Assembly: GCA_964291395.2 (NCBI GenBank)
Contig: OZ219856.1
Span: forward strand, 2,336,001-2,400,000
Reading direction: 5' to 3'
Length of the DNA: 64,000 nt
DNA from: Alphaproteobacteria bacterium
GTDB lineage: Bacteria; Pseudomonadota; Alphaproteobacteria; UBA2966
Shown here piece after piece: positions 48,677 through 61,782 of the stretch (position 1 is the stretch's first letter; every line of letters begins with the position of its first letter). The notes under the pieces are model-generated. The model saw only the letters and a list, made by a program, of their open reading frames with translations, made no database searches and was not told the origin of the DNA. A program made the translations under genes and the position numbers.

Positions 48677-51157
48677 TCAGAACCGCATGTTGAGAGTTAC
48701 GAAGAGGGTGCGTCCCCAGCCGGCCGCGCGCGGCCCGTCGGTCGCGGAGGGGTTCGCGGTGTTCGTGGAGAGCTTCGCGTCGGTGACGTTGTAAACGCCC
48801 GCGGTCAGCCGCGTATCTTCGAGCCCCAGCGGCTCTCTCCAGTCGAGCGTCAAGTCGTGGCCCGTCCAGGATTCGAAGCGTCCGTCGTCCCACCGGTTCT
48901 CGATCTCGTCGCGGTAGTTCACGGCCCAGAAGGCGGTGAGGTCACCGCGCCCGGCCGAGGTGACGATGCGCACGGCGTTGCGCGGAAGCGGGTACGGCCG
49001 CTTCTCGCCTGCGATGCGTTCCTCGGTGCTGGTGACGTAGCGCCAGAACCCGCGCATGGCGACGAAACCCCAGCCGGTCTTCATGCGAGCCCCGAACCGG
49101 GTGTTGAGTCCCGAAATGTCGACCTCGACGACGTTCGCGAAACGGTCGTGGATGGTGATGTCTCCGGCCGCGCGCTCGATGCAGTTGCTGCCACCGCCCG
49201 GCGGGCACTCGGGGCGATTCAGCATCGACCAGGTCGCGTCGTGCTGCCCCGGCAAATCCGAGGTCGTGAGCCAGTACCAGTCGGCGACGAGGTAGAACGG
49301 CCCCCTACGGGCCTCGGCGCCGACGGAGCGCCTGTCGGATCTTGACGGCTCGAGTTCGGGGCTGCCGCTCGTGCGTCGCGTCACCTGCCGGTAGTCCGCC
49401 GTGTCGCAGGTGCGCGGCGGCGGCCCGCTCTCCGGGACGCAACGGACATAGGGATGGTCCTGCGCCGCGGTGCTGTGCAGGTGGTGCATCGAGGGCGCCT
49501 GGTCGCCCGTGCTCCACGAGCCGCGCAGCGTCACGATATCGGTCGGGCGGTACTCGGCCCCGAGGCGCCACGCGCGCAGCCCGCCGACGTCGTCGTACTC
49601 GTCGGCCCGCGCCGCGGCTCTCACATCCACGGTGTCGGCGAGGGGCAGGGACACCTCGGCGAAGGCTCCCGCCGCCTCGCGCTCGCCGGCGTAGCTGGTG
49701 CCGCCCGACCCGAGCACCCCGTCGACGTCGCGGGTCCGGCCGTCCCTCGCCCGAAACGCCAGCAGCCTGTGGGCCTCCGCGTCGGCGAGTTGAACCCCCG
49801 CGGTCCATGCCGTGTCGCGCCCGCCGATGCCCGGACCGGCGCCCTCGAGCGCGAGACGCGCGCCCAGATACCTTCCGCCGAAGTCCTCCTCCTCGCGCAG
49901 GCTGCTGCTCTCGATCGCTCTCAGGTGGTCCGGTTCCACCGACAGCGGATCGGTCAGATCGTACCTTCCGGCCGCGATCTCGTGCCTGATGGCCTCGGCG
50001 TCCACGAAGGTATCGCCCCTCACGGAGCCGTCGAGCCTCCAGGCTTCGATGCGGGCGTCGTAGCCGAGGCGTTCGGTGAGCCGGCCCTCGACGCTTGCCG
50101 AGACGTCGTACTCCTCGAAGTCCGTCCTCCAGTCTCGGTTGCCATGGGCGATGAAGCGGTGGCCGACCGCGAAGATGTCCTCGCTCGTCGCCTCGAACGC
50201 CGGGTCGGCCTCGCGCGCCGATGTGTTGATGGCGTCGAGCAGACTCTCGCTCGGGGCGACCGAGAAGACATCGACCGACGGAGCGTAGCGGAACGCCGAG
50301 CGTCCCTGCGTGACGTTTGCGTCCATGCGGAGCTCGGCGCGCTCTCCGAGCGGGTGATCGAGGTTCAGGATTGCGTTCCTCTGGTCGTAGCTCGCGCTGT
50401 CCCACCAGAAGTCGCCATAGGCGAACCCGCAGCCCTTGTCGCCCGAGTCGATCCCGGGCGGGTTGCTGAGCGGGCCGGTGTAGCCGCGCGCCGGGTCGCA
50501 CTCGCCGAGCGCCACGGCTCTCAGCTCGTCCGCGCTCCTGTCGAAGATGTAGACGGTGTTACCACCGACGCTCACGTTCCTCGCCTCGGCGAAGCTCCCG
50601 CCTTCTGCCCACTCCGAACGGCTGTGCTCTCGGGTCCTGCCGGCGATCCTCTCGCGGTCGAGGACGTCGACGCCGACGGTCAACCGTCCGCCGGCGCCGA
50701 TCGCGCCGCCCCATACGACGCTGCCCTGGCGCGCGTCGCCGCCGTCGCGGCTCGGCATTCGGGCGACGGTACGCACGTCGAAGCCGTCCAGATCCTTCCT
50801 CAGCACGAGGTTGAATCCACCGCGTACCGCGGCGTGGCCGCCAATCGTCCCCAGACTCTCGGCTCGTAACACCTCGATGCGCTCGACCGCCGAAAGCGGG
50901 AGGGAGTCCAGATCGTGCCCGGTCGTGGCGTAGGGCCGCCCGTTCACCAGGACGAGCAGGTCGCGCCCTCCGGTGAAGAAGTAGCGAATGATGCCCGTGT
51001 CGAGCATCTCGCCGAACGTCTGGGCGCCGGAGCGCTCGATGAAGCTGCGGTCGTACTCGGCGATGATCTGCGGGGCTGGCGCCAGCGCGCCGGCATGGAC
51101 GTGACCCGCCGCGAGAATGGCGGCCGCAGCGAGCGTCGCGAGGACCTTTCTCATCAT
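48677..51157 (-). CDS. TonB-dependent outer-membrane receptor
   Basis: Signal peptide; LVLVNGR, LPLSAVERIEVL plug motif; G.PELEP; AGVYNVTD; ends GRTLFVTLNMRF. Confidence 0.88.
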   Translation of the reverse strand: MMRKVLATLAAAAILAAGHVHAGALAPAPQIIAEYDRSFIERSGAQTFGEMLDTGIIRYFFTGGRDLLVLVNGRPYATTGHDLDSLPLSAVERIEVLRAESLGTIGGHAAVRGGFNLVLRKDLDGFDVRTVARMPSRDGGDARQGSVVWGGAIGAGGRLTVGVDVLDRERIAGRTREHSRSEWAEGGSFAEARNVSVGGNTVYIFDRSADELRAVALGECDPARGYTGPLSNPPGIDSGDKGCGFAYGDFWWDSASYDQRNAILNLDHPLGERAELRMDANVTQGRSAFRYAPSVDVFSVAPSESLLDAINTSAREADPAFEATSEDIFAVGHRFIAHGNRDWRTDFEEYDVSASVEGRLTERLGYDARIEAWRLDGSVRGDTFVDAEAIRHEIAAGRYDLTDPLSVEPDHLRAIESSSLREEEDFGGRYLGARLALEGAGPGIGGRDTAWTAGVQLADAEAHRLLAFRARDGRTRDVDGVLGSGGTSYAGEREAAGAFAEVSLPLADTVDVRAAARADEYDDVGGLRAWRLGAEYRPTDIVTLRGSWSTGDQAPSMHHLHSTAAQDHPYVRCVPESGPPPRTCDTADYRQVTRRTSGSPELEPSRSDRRSVGAEARRGPFYLVADWYWLTTSDLPGQHDATWSMLNRPECPPGGGSNCIERAAGDITIHDRFANVVEVDISGLNTRFGARMKTGWGFVAMRGFWRYVTSTEERIAGEKRPYPLPRNAVRIVTSAGRGDLTAFWAVNYRDEIENRWDDGRFESWTGHDLTLDWREPLGLEDTRLTAGVYNVTDAKLSTNTANPSATDGPRAAGWGRTLFVTLNMRF

Positions 51158-51213
51158 GGGTTCCCTCTTTCGTTCGTGTTTCGGGAGTGCCGACGGCGTC
51201 GGAAGCCTACAAT

Positions 51214-51420
51214 TCACTCGTGAAGTATAATTCTATCGGTAGGCCACACTTCACGAAATCGGCTATGGCTCTCACACCACGACGCGGCAGCCGGAGATAG
51301 CCGACCCGTGATCCGCAGAATGTTGGCGTAGTGTTTGTCGGGATTCCGGCGCAGGGTCGGCTCGTGGTGAGCGATCCGGTTTCGCAAGGTCCGGATCGGG
51401 GTCAGCGGACCGGACAGGGA
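51214..51420 (-). pseudogene. C-terminal remnant of an Abi-like (AbiD/F, HEPN) protein
   Basis: GPLTPIRTLRNRIAHHEP (RxxxxH)...KHYANIL...LSPAAASWCESHSRF; the upstream part of the ORF is unrelated. Confidence 0.65.
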
Positions 51421-51682
51421 AAGGGGGCGGGGCGAATATCCATCTTTATTGGTTCGGGCGGTATGATCTCTCCCAAGATGATCTCGGTGGAGCCTCCCTT
51501 GCCGGTATCTCATAAGGGTTCGCGATTTTCCTGTTGAGCATCGTATCCATTGCGCCGGTGGCCTGCTAGGATCGGCCACTTCCAACACGAGCTCCAGCCT
51601 GCCGACCGTCGAGAACCTCGTTCTCGCCGGCTGACACCATGACGGGGCGGCCGCCCCGCCCGAACATCGCGGAGAGCACGCA

Positions 51683-51874
51683 TTGCCCCGAAAGCCGAAC
51701 TACAGTTTCGAGCGGCGCCAGCGGGAACTGGCGAAAGCCGAGAAGAAGGCGGCGCGGCTGGAAGCCCGGGCCAAGAAACGGGAACGGCAAGCGGCCGAAC
51801 GCCGGTCCAGTGAAAACGACGGTCAGGCCGGTGAAGATCCTCCAGAGGGCGAGGAGAAGTCACGCCAGGGGTGA
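51683..51874 (+). CDS. Small basic conserved hypothetical protein (63 aa)
   Basis: GGAGAG RBS + TTG; MPRKPNYSFERRQRELAKAEKK resembles a widespread small-protein type. Confidence 0.65.
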   Translation: MPRKPNYSFERRQRELAKAEKKAARLEARAKKRERQAAERRSSENDGQAGEDPPEGEEKSRQG

Positions 51875-52345
51875 ACCCATGCACCCAAGGTGCACCGAGC
51901 CGCAACCAGCCGATCTTCTTCTCCAGACAGATACCGTTAGAGCTGTGTGGTCCGGATCTCGGCGCGACCGTGAAACGGAATGGCTAAACGTGTTTCAGGA
52001 GCGCCAGAGGCCTCCGGCGGCTCCTTGACGCCCTTGAGGTCGGCCGGAACCCTGATATCACGGCTGACGATGCGGCTGTTCATGTCGGCCGGCTCGAGCG
52101 ACGCCACAGCCGACATGCGGCAGGGCCACGCCGCCGCGACCGCGTCTTCATAACGTCATAACGTCCCGCGTCCGGCTCGCCGAACAGGATGGCAAGAATG
52201 GTCGGGTGCCGGCGACACCTGATTTGTCCGTGCCCGGGTCGCATGCGAGCCGTCCGGTAAAGTATCCCCGGACATGAGATGAAGCGCCGGTCGCCTTCAA
52301 ACGTGGCGGCGGACCCACCGGCCGCTTCGCGGCCTCCCTGGCGGC

Positions 52346-54403
52346 TCAAGACCGACCCGAACCATCATGGCCTTCAAAATCCAGCAACTTGACACCTTCC
52401 TCCACGAGATCCCCGACATCGAAATGGATGGTTCCGACAACCCCGTCAGCAGGGGCAACGATCGTGTGCTCCATCTTCATCGCCTCGATGACCGCGAGTC
52501 CGGCCCCCTTCCTGACGCGATCACCTTGACCGGCGAGGATGCCGCTGACCTTGCCGGGCAAAGGTGCGGCAACGGTCAGGTCGACGTAATCGGCCGCCGC
52601 AATGGCGGCCGTGGGATCTTCCAAGGACAGGCGATGCGTATGTCCGTCGTCATCCACGATCCAGAGCTCATCTCCCGACCGGTATATCGAGACAACGATC
52701 CGAACGCCATCGAGGTTTGCGTGGAGCCGGCGCCCTTCTTCCAGATCTCCGTTAGCGACCACCGGGCCGTCGGGAAGATCCATTTCGTATGCCGAGATTC
52801 CGCGGGCCCGCGGCCGCACCGTCAGCGATACGCGACCTCCATCCTGCCGGCGGCCGGAGTCGACGAAGACGATCTCTTCAATCGCCGGGCCATTCAACCG
52901 CCAACCGTCGCATCGCCTCCACGGCGAGTAGCGATCCGTCGAATTCCAGTCACTGTCGGCCTCCCCGGCGTTGCGGTCCGCGAGAACGGCAAGGGCCGCC
53001 AGAGCCAATGTCTTGTCGCTCGCCGGCCCCGCCTTGGGGACCAAGTCGGCTAGGTGCCGGTCGATGAAGCCCGTGTCCAGCGCGGCGTTTCCGAATTCCC
53101 GGTGATTGGCGATACGGAGCAAAAAATCCCGGTTGGTAACCAAGCCGATGACATGGAGCCCGGCCAACGCGCCGGACAGCCTTCGCACCGCCCTTGCCCG
53201 ATCATCGTCCCACACGATGACCTTGGCGATCAGCGGGTCGTAATACGGCGTGATGCTGTCTCCAGCCACGACCCCCGCGTCAATACGTATGTGAGGGCCT
53301 TCGTCGGGAAGCCGCAAATGAGACAATCGCCCCGGCGACGGGAGAAAGCGCTTGGCCGGGTTCTCCGCATAGATCCGTGCCTCGATCGCGTGCCCCGCGA
53401 GGAAGACGTCATTCTGCGTCAACGGAAGAGGGTCCCCGGCCGCGACGCCGAGCTGCCATTCCACCAAGTCGAGGCCAGTCACCAACTCGGTCACCGGGTG
53501 TTCGACCTGCAGACGCGTGTTCATCTCCATGAAGTAGAAGCCGGACGCGCCCAGGCCTGCCTTGCCATCGACGATGAATTCCACGGTCCCCGCACCGACA
53601 TAGTCGATGGCACGGGCCACATCCACCGCTGCCTGTCCCATCGCGGAACGCGTCTCGACCGTCATGCCGGGTGCCGGCGCTTCTTCGATCACTTTTTGAT
53701 GGCGGCGCTGGAGCGAACACTCCCGTTCGAACAGATGGATCACATTGCCATGCGTGTCCCCGAAGACCTGTACCTCAATGTGACGCGCGTTCGTCAGGTA
53801 TCGCTCGACGAGCACACGATCGTCGCCGAATCCGGACGTTGCTTCGCGTTTGGCCCCGGCCAGGGCCCTCATAAAGTCATCTTCCTCCTCGACAATTCGC
53901 ATGCCACGTCCGCCGCCACCTGCGCAGGCCTTGATGAGGACGGGGAATCCAATCTCTCTCGCCGCGCCGAGCAGGCCTTCTTCCGACTGGTCGTCGCCGT
54001 GGTAACCGGGCACCACTGGAACACCCGCCTCCTTCATGATGGACTTGGCGGTATGCTTGGCCGCCATGGCGCGTATGGCCCGGGGCGGCGGGCCAACAAA
54101 GGTCACACCCGCGGCGAAACAAGCCTCCGCGAACTCGGCGTTTTCCGACAAGAACCCGTATCCGGGATGAACGGCGTCCGCACCTGCCCGAACCGCGGCC
54201 GCAACGATTGCCTCGCTCTTGAGGTAACTCTCGGCGGCCGCAGCTCCGCCGATACGTACCGCTTCATCCGCCATCATCACGTGTTGCGCCCCGACATCCG
54301 CGTCGGAGTAGACCGCGACCGTCCGAAGCCCAAGCCGGTGCGCGGTGCGCGCGATGCGGCAAGCGATCTCACCGCGATTGGCGATCAGGAGTTTGTCGAA
54401 CAT
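52346..54403 (-). CDS. 3-methylcrotonyl-CoA carboxylase alpha (biotin carboxylase + biotin carrier; LiuD/MccA)
   Basis: LIANRGEIA, HPGYGFLSEN, RECSLQRRHQK, EMNTRLQVEHP, EAMKM. Confidence 0.9.
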   Translation of the reverse strand: MFDKLLIANRGEIACRIARTAHRLGLRTVAVYSDADVGAQHVMMADEAVRIGGAAAAESYLKSEAIVAAAVRAGADAVHPGYGFLSENAEFAEACFAAGVTFVGPPPRAIRAMAAKHTAKSIMKEAGVPVVPGYHGDDQSEEGLLGAAREIGFPVLIKACAGGGGRGMRIVEEEDDFMRALAGAKREATSGFGDDRVLVERYLTNARHIEVQVFGDTHGNVIHLFERECSLQRRHQKVIEEAPAPGMTVETRSAMGQAAVDVARAIDYVGAGTVEFIVDGKAGLGASGFYFMEMNTRLQVEHPVTELVTGLDLVEWQLGVAAGDPLPLTQNDVFLAGHAIEARIYAENPAKRFLPSPGRLSHLRLPDEGPHIRIDAGVVAGDSITPYYDPLIAKVIVWDDDRARAVRRLSGALAGLHVIGLVTNRDFLLRIANHREFGNAALDTGFIDRHLADLVPKAGPASDKTLALAALAVLADRNAGEADSDWNSTDRYSPWRRCDGWRLNGPAIEEIVFVDSGRRQDGGRVSLTVRPRARGISAYEMDLPDGPVVANGDLEEGRRLHANLDGVRIVVSIYRSGDELWIVDDDGHTHRLSLEDPTAAIAAADYVDLTVAAPLPGKVSGILAGQGDRVRKGAGLAVIEAMKMEHTIVAPADGVVGTIHFDVGDLVEEGVKLLDFEGHDGSGRS

Positions 54404-54510
54404 GGCGTACTTTGGCGGTCGGAGAGGCTCAAATGCGTGGACTTCCACGAACGAAGGTCATCGGTCAGGACATGGGACATTCAATCCCGGCGTTACCGCG
54501 TTCCTGCCAC

Positions 54511-56118
<1,608 letters not shown>

Positions 56119-56226
56119 GGCAGGAGCGTAACACGCTTGCAAAGACGTACGGAAAATTAAGTAAACATAACCATTTAGCGCAATATGTCCACAGATGGCG
56201 GGTGAACCAGAGGAGAACCAGAATCC

Positions 56227-57009
56227 ATGGCCTATGCGGCATTCGATTTGACAGGCAAAGTCGCGCTGATCACAGGCGGCAACCGGGGGATCGGCCTCGG
56301 CATGGCCGACGCACTCGCCCAGGCGGGTGCCGACGTCTGCATCTGGGGGCGTGACGCGACGCGCAACGGGTCAGCGGTGAAGTGGTTGGAGCGACACGGC
56401 ACGCGCGTCGCCGGATCCGTCTGCGATGTCTCCGACGAAGCCCAGGTATCCTCGTCTCTCGAAAACTGCCTCGCCGAGTTCGGCCGCATCGATGGGTGTT
56501 TTGCCAACGCCGGCGTATTGGGAGGCGCAAAATCCTTGTTCGACATCTCATCGGACGATTGGCGCGGGGTCCTCGGAGTCAACCTCGACGGCGCCTTTTT
56601 CACGCTGAAGGCGGCAGCCGAACACATGAAATCGCGCGCCGAAACGGGCGATCCCGGTGGACGTCTGGTCGTCACCTCGAGCTTGGCGTCCATCTCCGGT
56701 GCCGCACGAAACGAGCATTACGCGGCCACCAAGGGCGGCGTCACCGCCATGATGAAGGCACTGTCCGTCGAACTCGCCCGCTACGGCGTAACGGCGAATG
56801 CGATCCTGCCGGGATGGATCGAGACGGACATGACGGAAAAGGCCATGGCCAACGAGAAATTCGCTGCCAACGTCATGCCACGAATCCCCGTGCGCCGCTG
56901 GGGCCAGCCGGAAGACTTCGGCGGCATCGCCGTCTACCTGATGAGCGACGCCAGCGCCTATCACACCGGTGACGAGATCCTCATCGACGGAGGCTATTTC
57001 CTGTTCTGA
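56227..57009 (+). CDS. SDR family oxidoreductase
   Basis: [22 protein letters not shown]. Confidence 0.9.
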   Translation: MAYAAFDLTGKVALITGGNRGIGLGMADALAQAGADVCIWGRDATRNGSAVKWLERHGTRVAGSVCDVSDEAQVSSSLENCLAEFGRIDGCFANAGVLGGAKSLFDISSDDWRGVLGVNLDGAFFTLKAAAEHMKSRAETGDPGGRLVVTSSLASISGAARNEHYAATKGGVTAMMKALSVELARYGVTANAILPGWIETDMTEKAMANEKFAANVMPRIPVRRWGQPEDFGGIAVYLMSDASAYHTGDEILIDGGYFLF

Positions 57010-57061
57010 GAGGGGATCGTCCTTCGGACATCAACTCCGGCTTCGGAGACACCGGCGGCAG

Positions 57062-57667
57062 CTACCAACCGCCCGTCGCGAGCCACTCGTCGACCTCGTC
57101 CAATCGGTCATTACCCCAGAAGGACTCGCCATCGACGACGATGAACGGCGAACCGAACACGCCGCGGGCGATGGCATTGTCGGTGGCCTCTCGAAGCATG
57201 TCCTTTACGGCTTGATTCTGGACGGCCGCCATCACGTCGTCGAAGTCCACATCACCCTCCGCTGCCGCGATTCCGGCCACGACCTCGGCCTGGGTGACGT
57301 CCCTGCCCTCGCCGAAATAGGCGTGGTAGATGGCCCGGGCGAAGGCCTTGGCCTTGTCCGGGTCGTTGCCGCGCAACCAATAGTAGGCGCGTTGGGCCGT
57401 GATCGTGTTGGGAGGAAAGTTGTCCGGCAGCATGAACGGGACTCCGAGACGGCGCGCCGTGCGGAAGCAGTCGTGCTTGAAGTACACCCCTTTCAGGGGA
57501 TAGAGGGACAGGGGCTGCGTACCTTCGGTCTTGAAGACGGCACCGAGGAGCATTGGCCGCCAAATCACCTCGCGACCGTGTTTCGCCGCGACGTCGTCCA
57601 CGCGCAGACTGGCGAGATAGCCATACGGCGATCCGAAGTCGAAATAGAAATCAATGGGTGCAGCCAT
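57062..57667 (-). CDS. 2-hydroxychromene-2-carboxylate isomerase / kappa-GST (DsbA-like) family protein
   Basis: DFYFDFGSPYGY, GVFGSPF, FWGNDRL. Confidence 0.88.
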   Translation of the reverse strand: MAAPIDFYFDFGSPYGYLASLRVDDVAAKHGREVIWRPMLLGAVFKTEGTQPLSLYPLKGVYFKHDCFRTARRLGVPFMLPDNFPPNTITAQRAYYWLRGNDPDKAKAFARAIYHAYFGEGRDVTQAEVVAGIAAAEGDVDFDDVMAAVQNQAVKDMLREATDNAIARGVFGSPFIVVDGESFWGNDRLDEVDEWLATGGW

Positions 57668-57672
57668 GCGTC

Positions 57673-58809
57673 TTAGTCTCCTGAGATTGCACGCGAGATA
57701 ACCAGGCGCTGAACGTCGCTGGTGCCTTCATATATCTGGCACACGCGCACGTCCCGGTAAATCCGCTCGACCGGATAGTCGGCAAGATACCCATAGCCTC
57801 CATGCACCTGGATGGCATGGGAACACACGCTCTCCGCCATCTCGGAGGCAAACAGCTTGGCCATCGAGGCTTCTTTCAGGCAGGGACGACCAGCATCACG
57901 CAGTTGGGCCACGTGCAGGACCATCTGCCGGGCAGCCTCGATCTGCGTTGCCATGTCGGCGAGCCGAAAGGCCACAGCCTGATGCCCGACGATCGCCTTG
58001 CCGAAAGACGTCCGCTCCCGAGCGTAAGCCAATGCCGATTCGTAGGCCGCGCGAGCCATACCCACGGACTGTGCCGCGACTCCGATACGCCCGCCTTCCA
58101 GGTTTGACAGCGCAATACGATATCCCTCCCCCGGCCGGCCCAGCATCAGATCCGGCGTGATCTCCATGTCCTCAAATACGATCTGACAGGTATCCGAGGA
58201 ACGCTGGCCCAGTTTTTCCTCTTTGCGGGCCACGCGATAGCCGGGTAAATCGGTGGGCACGAGGAAGGCGGAAATCCCCTTATTGCCGGAATCCGGGTCG
58301 GTCACCGCGAACGTCAACATGACGTCGGCGGTCTCACCCGACGTGATGAACTGTTTGGTTCCCGAGAGGATGTACCGGTTGCCGTCGAGAGTCGCCCGCA
58401 CCCGCAGATTGGAGGCGTCGGAGCCGGCCTGTGGTTCCGTGAGAGCGAATCCGCCCCGCATGGCTCCGCTGGCGAGGGGCCGAAGGAATCGTTCCTTCTG
58501 TTCCCTGGAACCGCTATTCAGGATCGGCACGTTCACGACCGAGTTCTGCACGCTCATGATCGTGCTGCAGCCACCGTCCCCGGCGGCGATCTCTTCAAGC
58601 GCCAGCGCGTAAGAGACGTGTCCGGTATTGGATCCATCCCACGCCTCCGGAACCAGCATCCCGAGGAAGCCGAGTTCTCCCATGCGGTGAACGGCCTCTG
58701 CGGGAAATTCCGCGTTGCGGTCCCATTCCGGCGCGTGTGGCGTGAGCTCGGCTTCGGCAAACTCCCGGGCCGTGGCGCGGATCATCTCCTGTTCTTCGGT
58801 CAATATCAT
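57673..58809 (-). CDS. Acyl-CoA dehydrogenase (short/branched-chain)
   Basis: [34 protein letters not shown]. Confidence 0.92.
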   Translation of the reverse strand: MILTEEQEMIRATAREFAEAELTPHAPEWDRNAEFPAEAVHRMGELGFLGMLVPEAWDGSNTGHVSYALALEEIAAGDGGCSTIMSVQNSVVNVPILNSGSREQKERFLRPLASGAMRGGFALTEPQAGSDASNLRVRATLDGNRYILSGTKQFITSGETADVMLTFAVTDPDSGNKGISAFLVPTDLPGYRVARKEEKLGQRSSDTCQIVFEDMEITPDLMLGRPGEGYRIALSNLEGGRIGVAAQSVGMARAAYESALAYARERTSFGKAIVGHQAVAFRLADMATQIEAARQMVLHVAQLRDAGRPCLKEASMAKLFASEMAESVCSHAIQVHGGYGYLADYPVERIYRDVRVCQIYEGTSDVQRLVISRAISGD

Positions 58810-58904
58810 GGGACGTCGCCTTCCCGGCTACGGCGTCTTCACCTCGGGAATCGATCGGCATTTCGACCGCTTCCATGGGATTGCGTAGGACCACGGGCCG
58901 CCAA

Positions 58905-59288
58905 CTAGGGACCGCGATATGCGGTGACCTCGATCTCGACCTTCATGCGCGGGTCGACGAGTCGCGCCTCAACCGTCGTATTGGCGGGATTGATGCCCTT
59001 GAAGTGCGTTCCGATGACCGGCGCAACGGCCTCGAAGTCCTCGCGATCGGCAAGATAAACGACGATCCGAACGACATCGTGGAGTCTGAATCCGGCTTCA
59101 TGGAGCAGCCAGTCGATGAGCTTGAAGGCCTGTTCGGTTTGTTCTGCCGGATCCTCGGAAATGCTGTCCGTTTCAGGGTCGTAACCGGTGCAACCAGAAG
59201 CGAACACCCAGTCACCCTGGACGACCGCTCGCGAGAAGCTGGCGATCTTCTCGTAGGGCGAGCTGGTCGAGATAAACTGGCGGTTCAT
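58905..59288 (-). CDS. RidA/YjgF family protein
   Basis: [28 protein letters not shown]. Confidence 0.85.
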   Translation of the reverse strand: MNRQFISTSSPYEKIASFSRAVVQGDWVFASGCTGYDPETDSISEDPAEQTEQAFKLIDWLLHEAGFRLHDVVRIVVYLADREDFEAVAPVIGTHFKGINPANTTVEARLVDPRMKVEIEVTAYRGP

Positions 59289-59299
59289 CGGCCGAGGTC

Positions 59300-60490
59300 T
59301 CAACCCAGGCGCTCCACCGCGACGGCCGTCGCCTCGCCGCCACCGATGCAGAGCCCGGCGATGCCGCGCTTCACGTCCGCCCGCTCCATCGCGCCGAGCA
59401 GCGTGACCATGATACGCGCGCCCGTCGCACCGAGGGGATGGCCGAGCGCGCAGGCACCACCGTGCACGTTGACTTTTTCGTGATCGAGACCGAGGTCGCG
59501 CATGGCAACCATGGTAACGACCGCGAATGCCTCGTTGACTTCGTAGAGGTCGGCGTCGTCGGTGGACCAGCCGATCCTGTCCAGCAAACTCTCGATGGCC
59601 CCGACCGGCGCGGTCGTAAATCTCTTCGGCTCACGGGAATCCGTCGCGTGACCGACAATGCGGGCAAGCGGCGTAATCCCCCGACGTTCCGCTTCGGACT
59701 CCCGCATCAGAACCAGCGCGGCGGCGCCGTCCGAGATCGCGCTCGAGTTCGCCGCGGTGACGGTGCCGTCCGTGGCGAACGCCGGACGAAGCCTCGGGAC
59801 ATTGTCAGGATCGACCGAGAAGGGGTGCTCGTCCCGAGTCACCGTGTTGACGCCCTCGCGTGTCTTCACGGCGACAGGGGTGATCTCGTCGTCGAACCAC
59901 CCCTCTTCCGCAGCTTTTCGGGCGCGGCTGAGCGATTCGATGGCGTAGGCATCCTGGTCGTCACGCGAGAATTGGTAGTCTTGCGCCGTCTCGTCCGCGT
60001 AGGTTCCCATCAGGCGGCCCGGTTCATAAGCGTCTTCCAGGCCATCGAGAAACATGTGGTCCTTCATTTCACCGTGACCCATGCGCAAACCGCGTCGCAC
60101 CTTTTGCATCAGGTATGGCGCGTTGCTCATGCTTTCGAGGCCGCCGGCCACGACGATATCGTCGGTTCCCACCTCGATCAGGTCGTTACCCAGCATCGCA
60201 GCCTTCATGCCCGATCCGCACATCTTGTTGATCGTCATGGCAGCGACGTCTACGGGAATGCCTGCTCGGATCGCCGCCTGACGCGCGGGTGCCTGGCCGA
60301 GACCCGCCGGCAGGACACAGCCCATGATGACTTCATCGACATCACCCGCCGGCACATCGGCGCGCTCGAGAGCGGCCTTGATCGCCACGGCGCCGAGCTC
60401 CGGCGCGGAAGAGGCGCTCAGGCCTCCTTGGAAATCTCCAATCGGGGTTCGCGCCATGCCGGCGATGACGATGGGATCCTTGTCGCTCAT
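59300..60490 (-). CDS. Acetyl-CoA C-acyltransferase (thiolase)
   Basis: [25 protein letters not shown]. Confidence 0.95.
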   Translation of the reverse strand: MSDKDPIVIAGMARTPIGDFQGGLSASSAPELGAVAIKAALERADVPAGDVDEVIMGCVLPAGLGQAPARQAAIRAGIPVDVAAMTINKMCGSGMKAAMLGNDLIEVGTDDIVVAGGLESMSNAPYLMQKVRRGLRMGHGEMKDHMFLDGLEDAYEPGRLMGTYADETAQDYQFSRDDQDAYAIESLSRARKAAEEGWFDDEITPVAVKTREGVNTVTRDEHPFSVDPDNVPRLRPAFATDGTVTAANSSAISDGAAALVLMRESEAERRGITPLARIVGHATDSREPKRFTTAPVGAIESLLDRIGWSTDDADLYEVNEAFAVVTMVAMRDLGLDHEKVNVHGGACALGHPLGATGARIMVTLLGAMERADVKRGIAGLCIGGGEATAVAVERLG

Positions 60491-60528
60491 GATTTTCTCC
60501 CCGCGTTTTTTCCACATCTCAAGGGATA

Positions 60529-61701
60529 CTACGCCGTCTCCTCGAACAGTTCGCGTCCGATCAGCATGCGGCGAATCTCGCTGGTTCCGGCGCCGATCTC
60601 GTAGAGCTTGGCATCGCGCAGAAGACGGCCCGTCGAGAACGCGTTGATATAGCCGTTTCCACCAAGGCACTGGATCGCCTCGAGCGCCATCCAGGTGGCC
60701 TTCTCCGAGGCGTAGAGGATGGCCCCGGCGGCGTCCTTCCGAGTGGTCTCGCCCCGATCACAGGCCCGGCTCACGGAATATACGTAGGCCCGGCAGGCGT
60801 TCATCGTCGTGTACATGTCGGCAAGCTTGCCCTGCATGAGCTGAAACTCACCGATGGGCTTGCCGAACTGCCGGCGCTCATGCACGTACGGGATGACGAT
60901 ATCCATGCACGATCGCATGATCCCGAGGGGACCAGCGGCGAGCACGACACGCTCGTAATCAAGTCCACTCATCAGTACTTCGACGCCACCACCGACGGTG
61001 CCGAGCACGTTCTCCTCCGGTACGTCGCAATCCTGAAACACGAGCTCGCACGTGTTGGAGCCCCGCATGCCCAACTTGTCGAGCTTCTGCGCCGTCGAGA
61101 ATCCCGGGAAAGCCTTCTCGACGAGAAAGGCCGTGATACCGCGTGAACCCCCATCCGGATCGGTCTTGGCGTAGACGACGAGAACGTCCGCATCGGGACC
61201 ATTGGTGATCCACATCTTGGTGCCGTTGAGCACGTATCGATCACCCTTCTCTTCGGCGCGGAGTTTCATGCCAACGACATCGGATCCGGCTCCCGGCTCG
61301 CTCATGGCGAGCGCGCCGACATGCTCGCCCGAAATGAGTTTCGGCAGGTAGCGGCGCTTTTGCTCGTCAGAGCCGTTGCGGCGGATCTGGTTGACGCAAA
61401 GGTTCGAATGGGCGCCATAAGAGAGTCCGACCGAAGCGGAGGCACGGCTGATCTCCTCCATGGCGACGACGTGCTCGAGATATCCCATGCCGGCGCCGCC
61501 CAACTCCTCCTCGACCGTAACCCCGAGAAGACCGAGTTCTCCCATCTTGGACCAGAGGTCCACGGGGAACTCATTGGTCTCGTCGATCACCGCCGCCCGG
61601 GGTGCGATCTCGTCGGCGGCAAAGCTCATAACCGAGTCGCGCAGCAAGTCGGCATCGTCGCCGAGGTCGAAGTCGAGCGTGGGCCAGCGGTTAGGGATCA
61701 T
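60529..61701 (-). CDS. ivd: Isovaleryl-CoA dehydrogenase (LiuA)
   Basis: [46 protein letters not shown]. Confidence 0.93.
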   Translation of the reverse strand: MIPNRWPTLDFDLGDDADLLRDSVMSFAADEIAPRAAVIDETNEFPVDLWSKMGELGLLGVTVEEELGGAGMGYLEHVVAMEEISRASASVGLSYGAHSNLCVNQIRRNGSDEQKRRYLPKLISGEHVGALAMSEPGAGSDVVGMKLRAEEKGDRYVLNGTKMWITNGPDADVLVVYAKTDPDGGSRGITAFLVEKAFPGFSTAQKLDKLGMRGSNTCELVFQDCDVPEENVLGTVGGGVEVLMSGLDYERVVLAAGPLGIMRSCMDIVIPYVHERRQFGKPIGEFQLMQGKLADMYTTMNACRAYVYSVSRACDRGETTRKDAAGAILYASEKATWMALEAIQCLGGNGYINAFSTGRLLRDAKLYEIGAGTSEIRRMLIGRELFEETA

Positions 61702-61743
61702 ATATTCGACTCTAGCGCGTAATGGGAGGTTTCGAAATCGTCC

Positions 61744-61782
61744 CGGGGTCGGACCTCGGGCCTGATCCCGGACCCGACCCCG
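61744..61782. repeat. GC-rich hairpin with GGGGTCGG/CCGACCCC arms (REP-like)
   Basis: CGGGGTCGG(61744-61752) ... CCGACCCCG(61774-61782) with an inner CGGG/CCCG stem. Confidence 0.5.

Noticed and set aside
51158-51213. Cobalamin riboswitch or Fur box upstream of the TonB-dependent receptor
   Set aside because: Less than 60 bp is available before the Abi remnant, and no B12-box or Fur consensus is present.
52140-52170. CATAACGT tandem duplication as a target-site duplication or repeat array
   Set aside because: Only two adjacent 8-bp copies, with no supporting element ends.
56150-56190. dif-like, CtrA-like or LiuR-like site in the mccB/SDR intergenic region
   Set aside because: Only a half-site similarity; spacing and the second arm do not fit.
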